The position numbers and the translations under genes are program-made. From an uncultured Actinomycetes bacterium (GTDB lineage Bacteria; Actinomycetota; Thermoleophilia; Gaiellales; JAICJC01): a DNA stretch of 64,000 nucleotides. The stretch lies in assembly GCA_963706075.1 (NCBI GenBank), contig CAVPLP010000002.1, forward strand, positions 432,758 through 496,757, written 5' to 3'. Positions 19,489 through 29,530 of the stretch are shown one piece after another (the first letter of the stretch is position 1; every line of letters begins with the position of its first letter). The notes under the pieces are model-generated. The model ran no database searches and had not been told where the DNA came from. It worked only from the letters and a program-made list of their open reading frames with translations.

Positions 19489-20649
19489 GTGGACTTCGAC
19501 CTGAACGACGAGCAACGCTCGATCCAGGAGACCGTGCGTGAGTTCGTCGACCGACGCATCCTGCCGGTGGCGCAGGAGAACGACATCAACCACCACCTCG
19601 ACATGGGCATCATCGAGGGCATGGCCGAGCTGGGGCTGCTCGGCGCGCCGATCCCGCCCGAGCACGGCGGGGCGGGGCTCGACTACGTATGCGAGGCGCT
19701 GATCTGCGAGGAGATCGAGCGGGGTGAGTCGGCCTTCCGCACGCTCATCTCGGTGCACGTCGGCCTGAACTCGCTGTCGCTCCTCAAGTTCGGGAGCGAC
19801 GACCAGCACAAGCGCTACCTCGAGCCGATGGCAAAGGGCGAGAAGCTCGGCTGCTTCGGGCTGACCGAGCCGGCCGCCGGCTCCGACGTCGCGGCGATGC
19901 TGACGACGGCCATCCGCCAGGACGACGGCACGTACCTCCTGAACGGCCAGAAGAACTGGATCTCCTACGCCACCGAGGCCGACTACGCGCTGGTCTTCGC
20001 CAAGAGCGACCCCTCCGCCGGCCACAGGGGGATCTCGGCGTTCGTCGTCGAGCGGGCCTGGGAGGGCGTCGAGGCGCGGCGGATCCCCAACAAGCTCGGG
20101 ATCTGGGCCGGCTCGACGGGCGAGCTCTTCTTCTCGAACGTCCAGGTGCCGGCCGAGAACCTCGTGGGTGCGGAGGGCGACGGCTTCAAGATCGCCATGC
20201 ATTCGCTCGACCAGGGCCGGTTCACGGTCGCGGCGGGCGCCGTGGGCGTGATCCGGGCCTGCCTGGAGGCGTCGGTCAAGTACGCCAACGAGCGCCAGAC
20301 GTTCGGCAAGCCCATCGGCAAGCACCAGTTCGTGCAGGACATGATCGCCGACATGGTGCTGGGCTACGAGACGTCGCGGCTGCTCGTCATGCAGGCCGCG
20401 GCCGCCAAGGACAAGGGCGTGCGAAACACGCGCGAGACGTCGCTCGCCAAGTGGCACGCCACCGAGAGCGCGTTCAACGCGGCGAACCTGGCGATCCAGG
20501 TGCACGGCGCCTATGGCTACTCGGCGGAGTACCCGGTCGAGCGCTACTTCCGGAACTCGCGCGCCCCGATCATCTACGAGGGGACGACGCAGATCCACAA
20601 GATGATGCAGGCCGAGCACGCGCTCGGCTACCGGAAGCTGAATGGCTGA
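19489..20649 (+). CDS. Acyl-CoA dehydrogenase
   Basis: 386-aa ORF: GCFGLTEPAAGSD...NGQKNWIS...FGKPIGKHQFVQ...IYEGTTQI. GAGGAGGA lies upstream of the GTG. Confidence 0.9.
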   Translation: MDFDLNDEQRSIQETVREFVDRRILPVAQENDINHHLDMGIIEGMAELGLLGAPIPPEHGGAGLDYVCEALICEEIERGESAFRTLISVHVGLNSLSLLKFGSDDQHKRYLEPMAKGEKLGCFGLTEPAAGSDVAAMLTTAIRQDDGTYLLNGQKNWISYATEADYALVFAKSDPSAGHRGISAFVVERAWEGVEARRIPNKLGIWAGSTGELFFSNVQVPAENLVGAEGDGFKIAMHSLDQGRFTVAAGAVGVIRACLEASVKYANERQTFGKPIGKHQFVQDMIADMVLGYETSRLLVMQAAAAKDKGVRNTRETSLAKWHATESAFNAANLAIQVHGAYGYSAEYPVERYFRNSRAPIIYEGTTQIHKMMQAEHALGYRKLNG

Positions 20650-21547
20650 CCACCCGGGCGAGGCACACCTGGTCGAGCTGGAGGACGGCGGCGTCCTGAA
20701 CGTCGTCGAGGTGGGGTCGGCGACCGGATACCCGCTGATGCTGCTCCACGGCGGCCCGGGGCTCGACCACCACGAGTTCCGGCCATGGCTCGACCCGCTG
20801 GCCGACATGGGCTTCCGGCTCGTCTACGTCGACGAGCGCGGCCAGGGGGCGTCGCCGCGGGTCGATCCGGCGTCGCTCACGCTCCAGGTCTTCTCGCACG
20901 ACATCGACCGGCTCGCGCGGGCGCTCGACCTCGAGGGCTACGGCGTCCTCGGCCACTCGTTCGGGGCGTTCATCGCCCTCTCGCACGCGCTTGAGCGAGG
21001 GACGGCCGACCAGTACGTGATCTCCTCGGGCGTCGCCTCAACGTCGGCGCTCATGGCCGACGTCGAGCGCGCGATCGACGCGTTCGAGCCGTCGTACCTC
21101 CGCGACCAGATCCGCAAGTCGTGGGACGACGAGCCGAAGCTGAAGACGGTCGAGCAGGCGCGCGAGGTGTCGGCCGCGCAGATGCCGTTTCACTTCTGGG
21201 AGATGGGCGACGCGTACAGCCGGTACATGCAGACCGACGACACGGTCTATGCACCCGAGGTGCTGGCCCACTTCGCCGCGAACGGCTACGGCAACTTCGA
21301 GTGGCTCGACCACCTGCGCTGGATCTCGAAGCCGATGCTCGTCATCACCGGCCGGGGCGACCGGGTGTGCACGGTCCCGAGGTCGGAGGAGATCCACCGC
21401 GAGGTCGACGGGTCGGAGCTGGTGGTCGTCGAGAAGGCCGCGCACATGACGTTCGTCGAGCAGCCCAAGATCTACCTCGACGCGGTGCGCCGCTGGTTCA
21501 TCCGGCAGGGCGCGATCCCCGACCCGAACGCCCCGCCTCCGGAATAG
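20642..21547 (+). CDS. Alpha/beta hydrolase (proline iminopeptidase-like)
   Basis: 301-aa ORF: LMLLHGGPGLDH, YVDERGQG, GHSFGAFIAL, and EKAAHMTFVEQP. Confidence 0.85.
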   Translation: MADHPGEAHLVELEDGGVLNVVEVGSATGYPLMLLHGGPGLDHHEFRPWLDPLADMGFRLVYVDERGQGASPRVDPASLTLQVFSHDIDRLARALDLEGYGVLGHSFGAFIALSHALERGTADQYVISSGVASTSALMADVERAIDAFEPSYLRDQIRKSWDDEPKLKTVEQAREVSAAQMPFHFWEMGDAYSRYMQTDDTVYAPEVLAHFAANGYGNFEWLDHLRWISKPMLVITGRGDRVCTVPRSEEIHREVDGSELVVVEKAAHMTFVEQPKIYLDAVRRWFIRQGAIPDPNAPPPE

Positions 21548-21548
21548 C

Positions 21549-21581
21549 CTGAAAAATCGGGGTCAGACCCCAATCTTTCAG
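21549..21581. repeat. Palindromic element copy 2 (CTGAAAAATCGGGGTCAGACCCCAATCTTTCAG)
   Basis: Fills the gap between the convergent stops at 21547 (+) and 21582 (-). A-run, GC core, T-run on both strands. Confidence 0.85.
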
Positions 21582-21797
21582 TCAGCGGCGGCGGGCGCGG
21601 CCGGCGCGCACCGACTTCTGGAAGACGCCCATGATGACCTCGGGCAGGCTCGATCCGGTCGCCGTGACCTCTTGGACGCCGCGGATCGCCACGGCGCGGG
21701 TTCCGCCTCGCTGGATTCGCACCTGCCAGCCGGCCAGCTGCATCATCGTGATGAGCAGGATCCCGCTCCCGGGCGCGTATGTCGTCATCGGGTCCAC
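21582..21797 (-). CDS. Hypothetical small protein
   Basis: 71-aa ORF directly downstream of the nitrilase-family gene on the same strand. No recognisable motif. Confidence 0.35.
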   Translation of the reverse strand: MDPMTTYAPGSGILLITMMQLAGWQVRIQRGGTRAVAIRGVQEVTATGSSLPEVIMGVFQKSVRAGRARRR

Positions 21798-21827
21798 GCG
21801 GGCGAGTATTCCCGACGCGGGTTAGCG

Positions 21828-22672
21828 TTATGTGTGAGCGGGGTGCGCGGTTTGGTAGAGATCGGGTCGTATGTGGAGAAGCGCCGGCAGCCGCTCACGA
21901 ATCGCCGTCTGCGCGTCGAGGTCGAGGTCGGCCACGATCACCCCGTCGCCCTCCGGCGACTGTGCGAGCACCGTGCCCCACGGGTCGATGATCATCGAGT
22001 GGCCGTAGCTCGGCTTGTCGAGGCCGCCCGGAGTCCCATGCTGGCCGGTGGCGAGCACGAAGGCCTGGTTCTCGATCGCCCGTGCCCGCAGGAGCACCTC
22101 CCAGTGCGCCATGCCCGTGTGGAGCGTGAAGTTCGACGGGATCGTGAGAATCCGCGCGCCGCGGTCGAGCGTGAGCGCCCGGTAGAGCTCGGGGAAGCGC
22201 AGGTCGTAGCAGACGGTCAGGCCGACCGAAACGCCGTCGAGCTCCGCCGTGACGAGGTCGCCGATCCGGGCGCGGTGCCGTCTGATTCGCGGTAGCTGAA
22301 TCCGCCGACGTCGACGTCGAACAGGTGGATCTTGGTGTAGGCGGCGATGCGCTCACCACGCCGGTCGAAGGCGAGCGAGACGTTGTGGACGGCGTCGTCG
22401 TCGGCGACGATCGCGATCGAGCCGCCGATGAGGTTGATGCCAAGGTCGCGCGCCCAGCCGGCCATCGCGTCGACCGTCTCGCCGCCGTCGATCCGCTCGG
22501 CCAGCGGACGCAGGCGCGGCCCGTCCATCCAGGCGTTCCACTTCTCGGGGAGGAGCACGACGTCGGCGCCGCGGCCGGCGGCCTCGGCGACGAGCGGCGC
22601 CATCAGCGCCACGTTCTCCGACTTGTCGGCCCGGGCCGAGAACTGGACGCAGGCTGCGCGGATCGTGCTCAC
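21828..22672 (-). CDS. Carbon-nitrogen hydrolase (nitrilase superfamily) protein (frame change at ~22258-22275)
   Basis: MSTIRAACVQFSARADK...VVLLPEKW...YTKIHLFD (ORF 22217..22672) continues, by my own translation upstream of ORF 21828..22112, as GDLVTAELDGVSVGLTVCYDLRFPELYR. That part carries the catalytic Cys, then AHWEVLLRARAIENQ. Confidence 0.8.
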
Positions 22673-23442
22673 GTGGGAAAGCCTACCGGCCGCGGCGGGG
22701 CGTCATCCTCGTCGAGCCACTGCATGAACGCGATCGAGCAGGCGGCGAAGAGGATGGCGGCCTGCTCGATGGCCATCCCGATCGCGCCGATCTGCTGATC
22801 CTCGAGCGGCGAGAGCCCCCAGAGCTTCGGCGCGTGCTTGTAGAAGTCGTACAGCGGCTGCGTGAAGGCGAGGGCGAAGGCGACCGGCGCGGCGGCGATG
22901 AACGCGGCGAAGAGGAAGAGCAGCCGGGCCTGCGCGCGCATGCGGCCGGGCGACATGACGGCCCACCAGAAGGCCAGGCCCGAGCCGAGGAAGGCGAGGT
23001 GCTCGAGCCCGAGCGCCCAGCGATGCTCCAGGGCGTAGCCGTAGACCGCCGGGACGTGCAGGACGTACCACGCGGCGAGCCAGAGGGTGAGGGCGACCGG
23101 GGGTGCCGTGACGGCCCGCACCCATCTCCTCCGCTCCGCGGCCGCCATCATCGCCGGCGTCAGGCCGAGCACGAGGAGCGGCGGCGCCCAGTCGGCCAGG
23201 ATCACGTTCTGGAGCAGGTGGGCCGCGAGGAGCGAGGTGAGCGCGATGTGCTCGAGCGGCGAGAGGAGGCCGATGGCGATGAGCGCGAGGCCGGTTGCGA
23301 ACGACGCCCGCCGCCAGGTCGGCGTCGGAGAGCCGCGCCGCTCGAACGTTCGGACGACAACGGCGTAGTCGACGGCGGCGACGATGATCGCCAGGGCCCA
23401 CTCGGGGTCGGCCTGGATCTGCCAGGGATCGACCGCGGCCAC
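22669..23442 (-). CDS. Cytochrome c oxidase assembly factor CtaG-like membrane protein
   Basis: GTG at 23442 within ORF 22669..23592. Polytopic: LSPLEHIALTSLLAAHLLQNVILADWAPPLLVLG...WYVLHVP...LEDQQIGAIGM. Confidence 0.65.
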   Translation of the reverse strand: MAAVDPWQIQADPEWALAIIVAAVDYAVVVRTFERRGSPTPTWRRASFATGLALIAIGLLSPLEHIALTSLLAAHLLQNVILADWAPPLLVLGLTPAMMAAAERRRWVRAVTAPPVALTLWLAAWYVLHVPAVYGYALEHRWALGLEHLAFLGSGLAFWWAVMSPGRMRAQARLLFLFAAFIAAAPVAFALAFTQPLYDFYKHAPKLWGLSPLEDQQIGAIGMAIEQAAILFAACSIAFMQWLDEDDAPPRPVGFPT

Positions 23443-23446
23443 CGGC

Positions 23447-23752
23447 TCAGCCCGCCGGCGAGAGCGGCGCCATCGTGAGCCCGAAGCCGACGAGCTGCTC
23501 CCAGTAGAGCTCGGCCCGCTCGCGCTCACCGGTCCAGACGACCGCCTTGCCCGTCTTGTGGATGCGGTTGGCCATCTCGATCCCGCGGTCAAACGTGACG
23601 CCCGGAATCGTGCGGGCCAGGGCGAACGCGACCCCGTCGAAGGTGTTGTGGTCGTCGTTCTTCACGATGACGAGCCACGGCCGGCCGGCTCCGGAGCCCG
23701 GCCCCGACTTGCGCGGCTTCTGCTTGCGGACGGGCGGGGCGACCGTCGACAT
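23447..23752 (-). CDS. clpS: ATP-dependent Clp protease adaptor ClpS
   Basis: ATG at 23752 within ORF 23447..24355: PWLVIVKNDDHNTFDGVAFALARTIPGV...ANRIHKTGKAVVWTGERERAELYWEQL. Confidence 0.85.
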   Translation of the reverse strand: MSTVAPPVRKQKPRKSGPGSGAGRPWLVIVKNDDHNTFDGVAFALARTIPGVTFDRGIEMANRIHKTGKAVVWTGERERAELYWEQLVGFGLTMAPLSPAG

Positions 23753-23772
23753 GCCTTCGAGTGTACCGACCC

Positions 23773-23808
23773 CTGAAAAATTGGTGCCTGGCACCGATTT
23801 TGCATCAG
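23773..23808. repeat. Palindromic element copy 3 (CTGAAAAATTGGTGCCTGGCACCGATTTTGCATCAG)
   Basis: Lies between the hyuB end and the clpS start. The hyuB C-terminal frame reads through it without a stop, directly into the clpS frame. Confidence 0.85.
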
Positions 23809-25295
23809 CGGGGCCCCAGCCGCCGCCGCCCGGGGTGCGGATCTCGAGGACGTCGCCGGCCTTGAGGTCGAGGCTGCACTTCGCCGGCAGCCGGCGGCCG
23901 TTCAGGCGGTTCTGGCCCGGTGCCCCGTCCTCGCCGCCTGCGGCGCCGCGCGGGCCGTGGCGGCGGCGCTCGGTCATGAGGCCCAGGCGGCAGTCGGCCA
24001 GCACGCGGTAGACGCGCACCACGCCGTCGCCGCCGCGATGCACGCCGGCGCCGCCCGTCCGCGGCCGCAGCGCGTAGCGCTCGATCCGCAGCGGATACTC
24101 GCGCTCGAGCGCCTCGATCGGCGTGTTCAGCGTGTTCGACATCGCGACGTGGACGGCGCTCGGCCCGGGCCCGGCCGGCCCGCCGCCCTGGCCGCCGCCG
24201 AGCGTCTCGTAGTAGGTGAACCCCGGCGTCCCGAACGTGACGTTGTTCATCGTCCCCTGGCCATGTGCGGGGACGGGCACGGCCTTGCCGAGCAGCCGAC
24301 ATGACGACGTCGACGATCCGGCTCGACGTCTCGGTGTTGCCGCCGACCACGGCACCCGGCGGCCTCGCGTTCACCAGGCAGCCCTCCGGCGCGACCACCT
24401 CGACCGGGACGAACGCGCCGCCCGACGCCGGGATGTCGGGGTCGCACACCGCCCGCACGCAGAAGTAGACGGCCGACCGCGTGACGGCGATCGGGCAGTT
24501 GACGTTCCCGGGCTGCTGCGGCGCCGTCCCCTCGAAGTCGGCGCGCACGCGGTCGCCCTTCACCGTCACTCGCACGCGGATCGGCACGTCGCGCGTGTGG
24601 GTGCCGTCGCCCTCGACCACGTCCTCGGCCTCGTACGACCCGTCGGGGATCCGCCTGATCCCGGCCCGGATCCGGCGCTCGCTGTAGGCGTGGAGCTCGT
24701 CCATGCCGGCGAGGAGCGTCCGCCGCCCGAACCGCTTCGCCAATTGGCGCAGGCGGTCAGCGCCAACTGCCATGCACGCCTCCTGCGCGCGGAGGTCGGC
24801 CAGGCGCTCGGCCGGCTTTCGCATGTTGGCGACGAGGAGGGCGCGCACATCGCCGGTCAGCCGAATGGGCGGGATCACGACGCCCTCCTGGAGGAGCTCC
24901 GTGGCCCCGGCGGGCATCGAAGCGGGCTGCATCCCGCCGACGTCTGCGTGGTGGGCCCTCGAGCAGACGATGCCGAGGTCGTCGACGACGGCGACGAGCG
25001 TGATGTCGGGCAGGTGCGTGCCGCCCGTGTACGGATCGTTGATCGCCCACACCTCGCCGCGGCGCGCTCCGCAGGCCAGCACGGCCGCCACCGCGTCGGG
25101 CATCGCGCCCAGGTGGACGGGGAGGTGCTCGGCCTGGGCGATCATCCGCCCGCCCGGGTCAAAGACGGCGGTCGAGCAGTCGCGCCGCTCCTTGATGTTG
25201 GCCGAATGGGCCGAGCGGACGAGCGCCGCGCCCATCTCCTCGGCCACGCCGCGGAGGGCCGCCGCCAGCACCTGAAGGCCCGCCGGGTCGATCAT
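23805..25295 (-). CDS. hyuB: Hydantoinase B / oxoprolinase family protein (internal out-of-frame block ~23812-24298)
   Basis: MIDPAGLQVLAAALRGVAEEMG...AINDPYTGGTHLPD...NTETSSRIVDVVMSA (ORF 23805..25637) continues as LGKAVPVPAHGQGTMNNVTFG...TPGGGGWG in the ORF 23447..24355 frame. ATGA overlap with the hyuA stop. Confidence 0.85.
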   Translation of the reverse strand: MIDPAGLQVLAAALRGVAEEMGAALVRSAHSANIKERRDCSTAVFDPGGRMIAQAEHLPVHLGAMPDAVAAVLACGARRGEVWAINDPYTGGTHLPDITLVAVVDDLGIVCSRAHHADVGGMQPASMPAGATELLQEGVVIPPIRLTGDVRALLVANMRKPAERLADLRAQEACMAVGADRLRQLAKRFGRRTLLAGMDELHAYSERRIRAGIRRIPDGSYEAEDVVEGDGTHTRDVPIRVRVTVKGDRVRADFEGTAPQQPGNVNCPIAVTRSAVYFCVRAVCDPDIPASGGAFVPVEVVAPEGCLVNARPPGAVVGGNTETSSRIVDVVMSAARQGRARPRTWPGDDEQRHVRDAGVHLLRDARRRPGRRAGRARAERRPRRDVEHAEHADRGARARVSAADRALRAAAADGRRRRASRRRRRGARLPRAGRLPPGPHDRAPPPRPARRRRRRGRGTGPEPPERPPAAGEVQPRPQGRRRPRDPHPGRRRLGPR

Positions 25296-27105
25296 CGCGC
25301 GATCCTCCACGCGCCGTCGGGCCGTCGCCGCGCCGTCCACCCCTCGCCGACCCACATCGTGGCGCCGCCGAGCGGCACCGATGCCGGGCCGCGGACAGGC
25401 GCCGTACGCGGCACGCGGGGAAGCTCGAGCTCTGGCCCGGCCGCCACGCTCGACACGCGGACGCTGACGACCTCGATCTCGCCGTCCGGATCGTCGAACC
25501 CGAACCGCTCGCGGTGGCGGGCGTGGAAACGCTGCGCAAGGCTCGCACGCGGCGCGACCGGCACGGTCAGCTCGTGGGCCTGGCCGCGGTAGCGAAGCTC
25601 GCACTCCGCCTCCCCTCGCAGCCGCCCCGGCCGCCAATCGACGCGAGAGGCTGCATCACGCTCTCGACGACGTCCGTGCGCCGGTCGCCCACGGCGATGC
25701 CGAGCGCCGAGAGCACGCCGCCGGCCGCAGGGACGGTGACCCGCCGCATCCCGAGCAGGTCGGCGACGTCGCAGGCGTGCAGCGGCCCGGCACCTCCGAA
25801 CGCGACCAGCTCGAGGCCGCGCGGGTCGTGCCCCTGCTCGACGCTCACCACACGGATGGCGCGCACCATCTCCTCGTTCGCGACGGCGATCACGCCCTCG
25901 GCGGCCGCGCGCAGCGACCGGAACGGCGCGCCGATCTGGCGGAGCGCCGTCCGTGCTGCCACCGCGTCGAGGCGCAGCCCACCGGCGATCGGCACCGCCG
26001 GGCTGAGCCGTCCCAGGAAGACGTTCGCGTCGGTCACCGTCGGCAGGCGGCCGCCACGGCCGTAGGCAGCCGGCCCGGGATCAGCCCCGGCGCTCTGCGG
26101 CCCGACCCGCAGCGCGCCGCCCTCGTCGAGCCACGCGATCGACCCGCCGCCCGCGCCGACCGTGTGGATATCGACGTGCGGCACGCGCACGGGGAGGCCG
26201 GCGACGATCCGGTGCGACGAGCGCCCCGCCTCGCCGTCGCGGATGAGGCAGACATCGGTCGACGTGCCGCCCATGTCGAAGCTCACGGCCTCGCGGGCGC
26301 CGAGGGCAGCGACCGCGGCGACGCCGCCGGCCGGGCCCGAGAGCAGGAGCCGCACCGGGTGCGCCGTCGCCTCGGCGAGCGCGCAGACGCCGCCGCTCGA
26401 CTGCATCACGTCCGGCTCTGGCAGGCCGCGCTCCGCGGCCGACCGCCCGAGCCGCCCCAGGTACCCGCCCGCGACCGGGCCCAGGTAGGCGTCGGCGACC
26501 GCGGTCGACGCTCGCTCGTACTCGCGGAACTCGGGCGCAACGTCGACCGACGCGACCACGTGGACGCCAGGAAGGGCGCGCCGCAGCCGGCGGGCCACCT
26601 CGCGCTCGTGCCGTGGGTGGGCGTAGGAGTGGAGCAGGCATACGGCGACGGCCTTCACGCCCGCCCTGCGGAGGCGGCGCGCCGCCGTCTCGACCGACTT
26701 CGGGTCGAGCCGCCGGAGGACGCCGTCGGGGCCCGTGCGCTCGTCGACCTCCGCGGTCACCGACGCGAGCGGCTTCGGCGGCGCCACCTCGAGCCGGTAG
26801 AGATGCGGCCGCGTCTGGCGGGCGAGCGTCAGCAGGTCGCCGAAGCCGGCGGTTGCGACCAGGGCCGTGCGCACGCCCCGCCGCTCGAGGAGGGCGTTCG
26901 TGGCCACGGTCGTCCCGTGACCGAGCCGTGCGACATCGCCGGCCTCGAGCCCTGCCTCCGCAAGCGCGAGCGCGACCCCCTCCACGACGCCGCGCGACTG
27001 GTCGTCAGTCGTGGTCGGCACCTTGGCGGTCGTGAGCCGGCCACCGGCGATCAGCGCGACGTCGGTGAACGTGCCGCCCACGTCCACTCCGACGATCGCA
27101 CGCAT
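25292..27105 (-). CDS. hyuA: Hydantoinase A / oxoprolinase family protein (frame change at ~25612-25640)
   Basis: MRAIVGVDVGGTFTDVAL...GHGTTVATNALLERRG...FDMGGTSTDV (ORF 25567..27105) is followed by the C-terminus ...AECELRYRGQAHELTVPVAP...RFGFDDPDGEIEVVSVRV (ORF 25292..25564 frame). Confidence 0.85.
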
Positions 27106-27127
27106 CGCGCAAGAATATGCTGCTCCG

Positions 27128-28217
27128 GTGACCGTTCACCGCCACCTGTCCACCGAGGCCACACCGGGCGACCGCGGCCGCGCGCTCGGGCTCGCCCAGC
27201 GCGACAGGATCGGGCTCGTCACGGACGTCTACGCGCGGCTCTTCTCCCTGAACGGCCTCGGCGCCGCCGACATCGCGCGCTTCGGGGGGCAGGCACTCGA
27301 CAGGATCGCCGCGTACTCACCCGAGCTGGGGACCGAGATCGAGGGCATCGCCGCGGGGTCGGGCCTCCCCGTCGAGACGATCGCCGCGCTGAACGCGCGC
27401 ACCGAGCTCCTGGCCGCGTCGGCGGGGGAGTGCTCGACCATCGCCTGCCTCGGCGCGATGACCGCGTCGGGCTCGGCGCTCGGGATCCAGACGTGGGACT
27501 GGCACAACGAGCTGGCCGACGGCTGGATCGTGTGGACGATCGAGCACCCCGACGGCCGCCGCGTCGAGACGCTGACCGAAGCCGGCATCGTCGGCAAGAT
27601 CGGGATGAACGACCGCGGCGTCGCGATCCTGCTCAACATCCTCGGCCACCGCGACGACGGCCCGCCGGTCGGCATTCCGGTCCACGTCCTCTGCCGGAGC
27701 GTGCTCGACCAGGCCGACGGGGCCGTCGACAGCGCTCGAGCTCATCGCCGCGGCCGACGTGTCGGCCTCGAGCGCGATCACCGTCGTGACCGACGAGGAC
27801 GGCGGCACGGTCTGCACGGTCGAGGTCTCGCCCGCGGGCCCGGGCTTCGTCACGCCCGACGACCGCGGCGTCCTCGTCCACACGAACCACTTCGTCGAGC
27901 ACCCCGGCCGCGACGGCGACACCGCCGTCCGCGAGGCGCCGGGCACGATCCTGCGGCTGGACCTGGCGAAGCGGCGGATGGCCGCGATGCGTCCGGGAGA
28001 GGTGACGCCCGCCGCCGTCCTCGCCGCCATGTCGTCACACCGCGGCGGGGCGAGCGCGATGTGCTGCCATCCAGAGCCCGGCGCCGCGCTCGGCGACCGG
28101 TGGACGACGCTCGCAACGGTGGTCGCCGAGCCCGCGCTGCGCGAGCTCGTCGTGTACCGCGGCGGGCCGTGTCAGATCGAGGCGGCCTCGACGACCGCCG
28201 CCGCCGCCAGGCAGTAG
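27128..28217 (+). CDS. Peptidase C45 / acyl-CoA:6-APA acyltransferase-like protein (frame change at ~27728-27736)
   Basis: GTG at 27128 with TATGCT 6 nt upstream. ...AGECSTIACLG...WDWHNELADGWIVW...GKIGMNDRGVAILLN (ORF 27011..28798) continues as LELIAAADVSASSAITVVTDEDGG...HTNHF (ORF 27759..28217). Confidence 0.7.
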
Positions 28218-29530
28218 CTCTCCTGCCACGGCAGCGAGGCCAGCTGGAGGCCGACCGGCATGTTCGCGTCGTCACGGCCCGAGGGCACGCTGATCGCCGG
28301 CCAGCCGAGGATGTTGAAGATCTGGGTCAGGCCGCACATCGCGAACGTGACGTCGAACGCCTCCTCGCCCGCGAACGGCACCTCGGTGACGCCGATGTGA
28401 GGCGGGGTGAACGCCTGCGCCGGCGTCGCGACGAGGTCAACCCCGGCCGAGACCAGCGCCTCGTGCATCCGGGCGCGGTACTCGAGCCGGTTCTGGGAGG
28501 TGATCGCCGAGTCGACCGCCAGCATCGGCTCGGCTGCGGCGAGGTCACGTTGCACGTCCCGGCCGAAGTCGGCCCGCCGCTCGGGCCAGAACTCCCAGAT
28601 GGTCGCCGCCTCCTCGGGCGTGAACGGATCGGCGATGCCGAGCTTGGTCGGCCACTGCATGTCGACCTCGACGATCCGCGCCCCGGCGTCGCGGAGGGCG
28701 TCGATGCCCCGTCGGGCCGATGCGGCGATGTCGGGGGCGGAGTGCTCGAAGAAGTAGCGCTCGGCCACGCCGACCGTCAGCCCCGCGACGCCCCGTGACA
28801 CAGCCTCCGTCCAGCGCTCGACCGGCACGGGCGTCGTCCGCGGGTCGCGCGGCGACTCGCCCGCCATCACCTCGAGCTGGAGCGCGCACTCGGCCACGGT
28901 CCTCGCCATGGGCCCGCAGTGGTCGAGCGTCGGGCAGAGCATCCGGATCCCCGCCAGGCTGACGCGCCCGAACGTCGGCTTCAGGCCGACGATGCCGCAG
29001 CACGACGCCGGGCAGCGGATCGAGCCGCCGGTGTCGGTCCCGGGCGCCGCCGCGACCATGCCCGACGCCAGCGCTGCTCCCGACCCCCCGCTCGAGCCGC
29101 CGGGCACGCGGGTCGGGTCGTGCGGGTTCTTGCACGAGCCGAAGTGCGGGTTCTGGTTGGTCGTCCCCCAGGCGAGCTCGTGGGTGGCGAGCTTGGCGAC
29201 GGTCACCGCGCCCGCCGCCGCGAACCGGGCGACGACGTCGGCGTCGCGGTCGGGGACGTGGTCGCGGAAGAGCGAGCTCCCGTACGTGGTGGTGATGCCG
29301 CCGGTGTCGATCAGATCCTTCCAGCCGACGGGAACGCCCGCCAGAGGGCCGGGGTCGCGACCCTCAGCCAGCGCGCGGTCGACCGCGGCGGCCTCGCGAC
29401 GGGCCCGCTCCTCGGTGACGCGCCAGACGGCTCCGAGCTCGTCGGCGGCGAGCTTCTCGAGATGCTCGTCGAGCACCTCGCTCGCCGTCCGCTCGCGCCC
29501 GCGGACCTGCTCGGCGATGACGAGGCTCAC
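28172..29530 (-). CDS. Amidase (amidase-signature family)
   Basis: 452-aa ORF: GVPVGWKDLIDTGGITTTYGS...GGSSGGSGAALASG...GTDTGGSIRCPAS. Its 3' end overlaps the convergent C45 gene by 46 nt. Confidence 0.9.
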   Translation of the reverse strand: MSLVIAEQVRGRERTASEVLDEHLEKLAADELGAVWRVTEERARREAAAVDRALAEGRDPGPLAGVPVGWKDLIDTGGITTTYGSSLFRDHVPDRDADVVARFAAAGAVTVAKLATHELAWGTTNQNPHFGSCKNPHDPTRVPGGSSGGSGAALASGMVAAAPGTDTGGSIRCPASCCGIVGLKPTFGRVSLAGIRMLCPTLDHCGPMARTVAECALQLEVMAGESPRDPRTTPVPVERWTEAVSRGVAGLTVGVAERYFFEHSAPDIAASARRGIDALRDAGARIVEVDMQWPTKLGIADPFTPEEAATIWEFWPERRADFGRDVQRDLAAAEPMLAVDSAITSQNRLEYRARMHEALVSAGVDLVATPAQAFTPPHIGVTEVPFAGEEAFDVTFAMCGLTQIFNILGWPAISVPSGRDDANMPVGLQLASLPWQESYCLAAAAVVEAASI

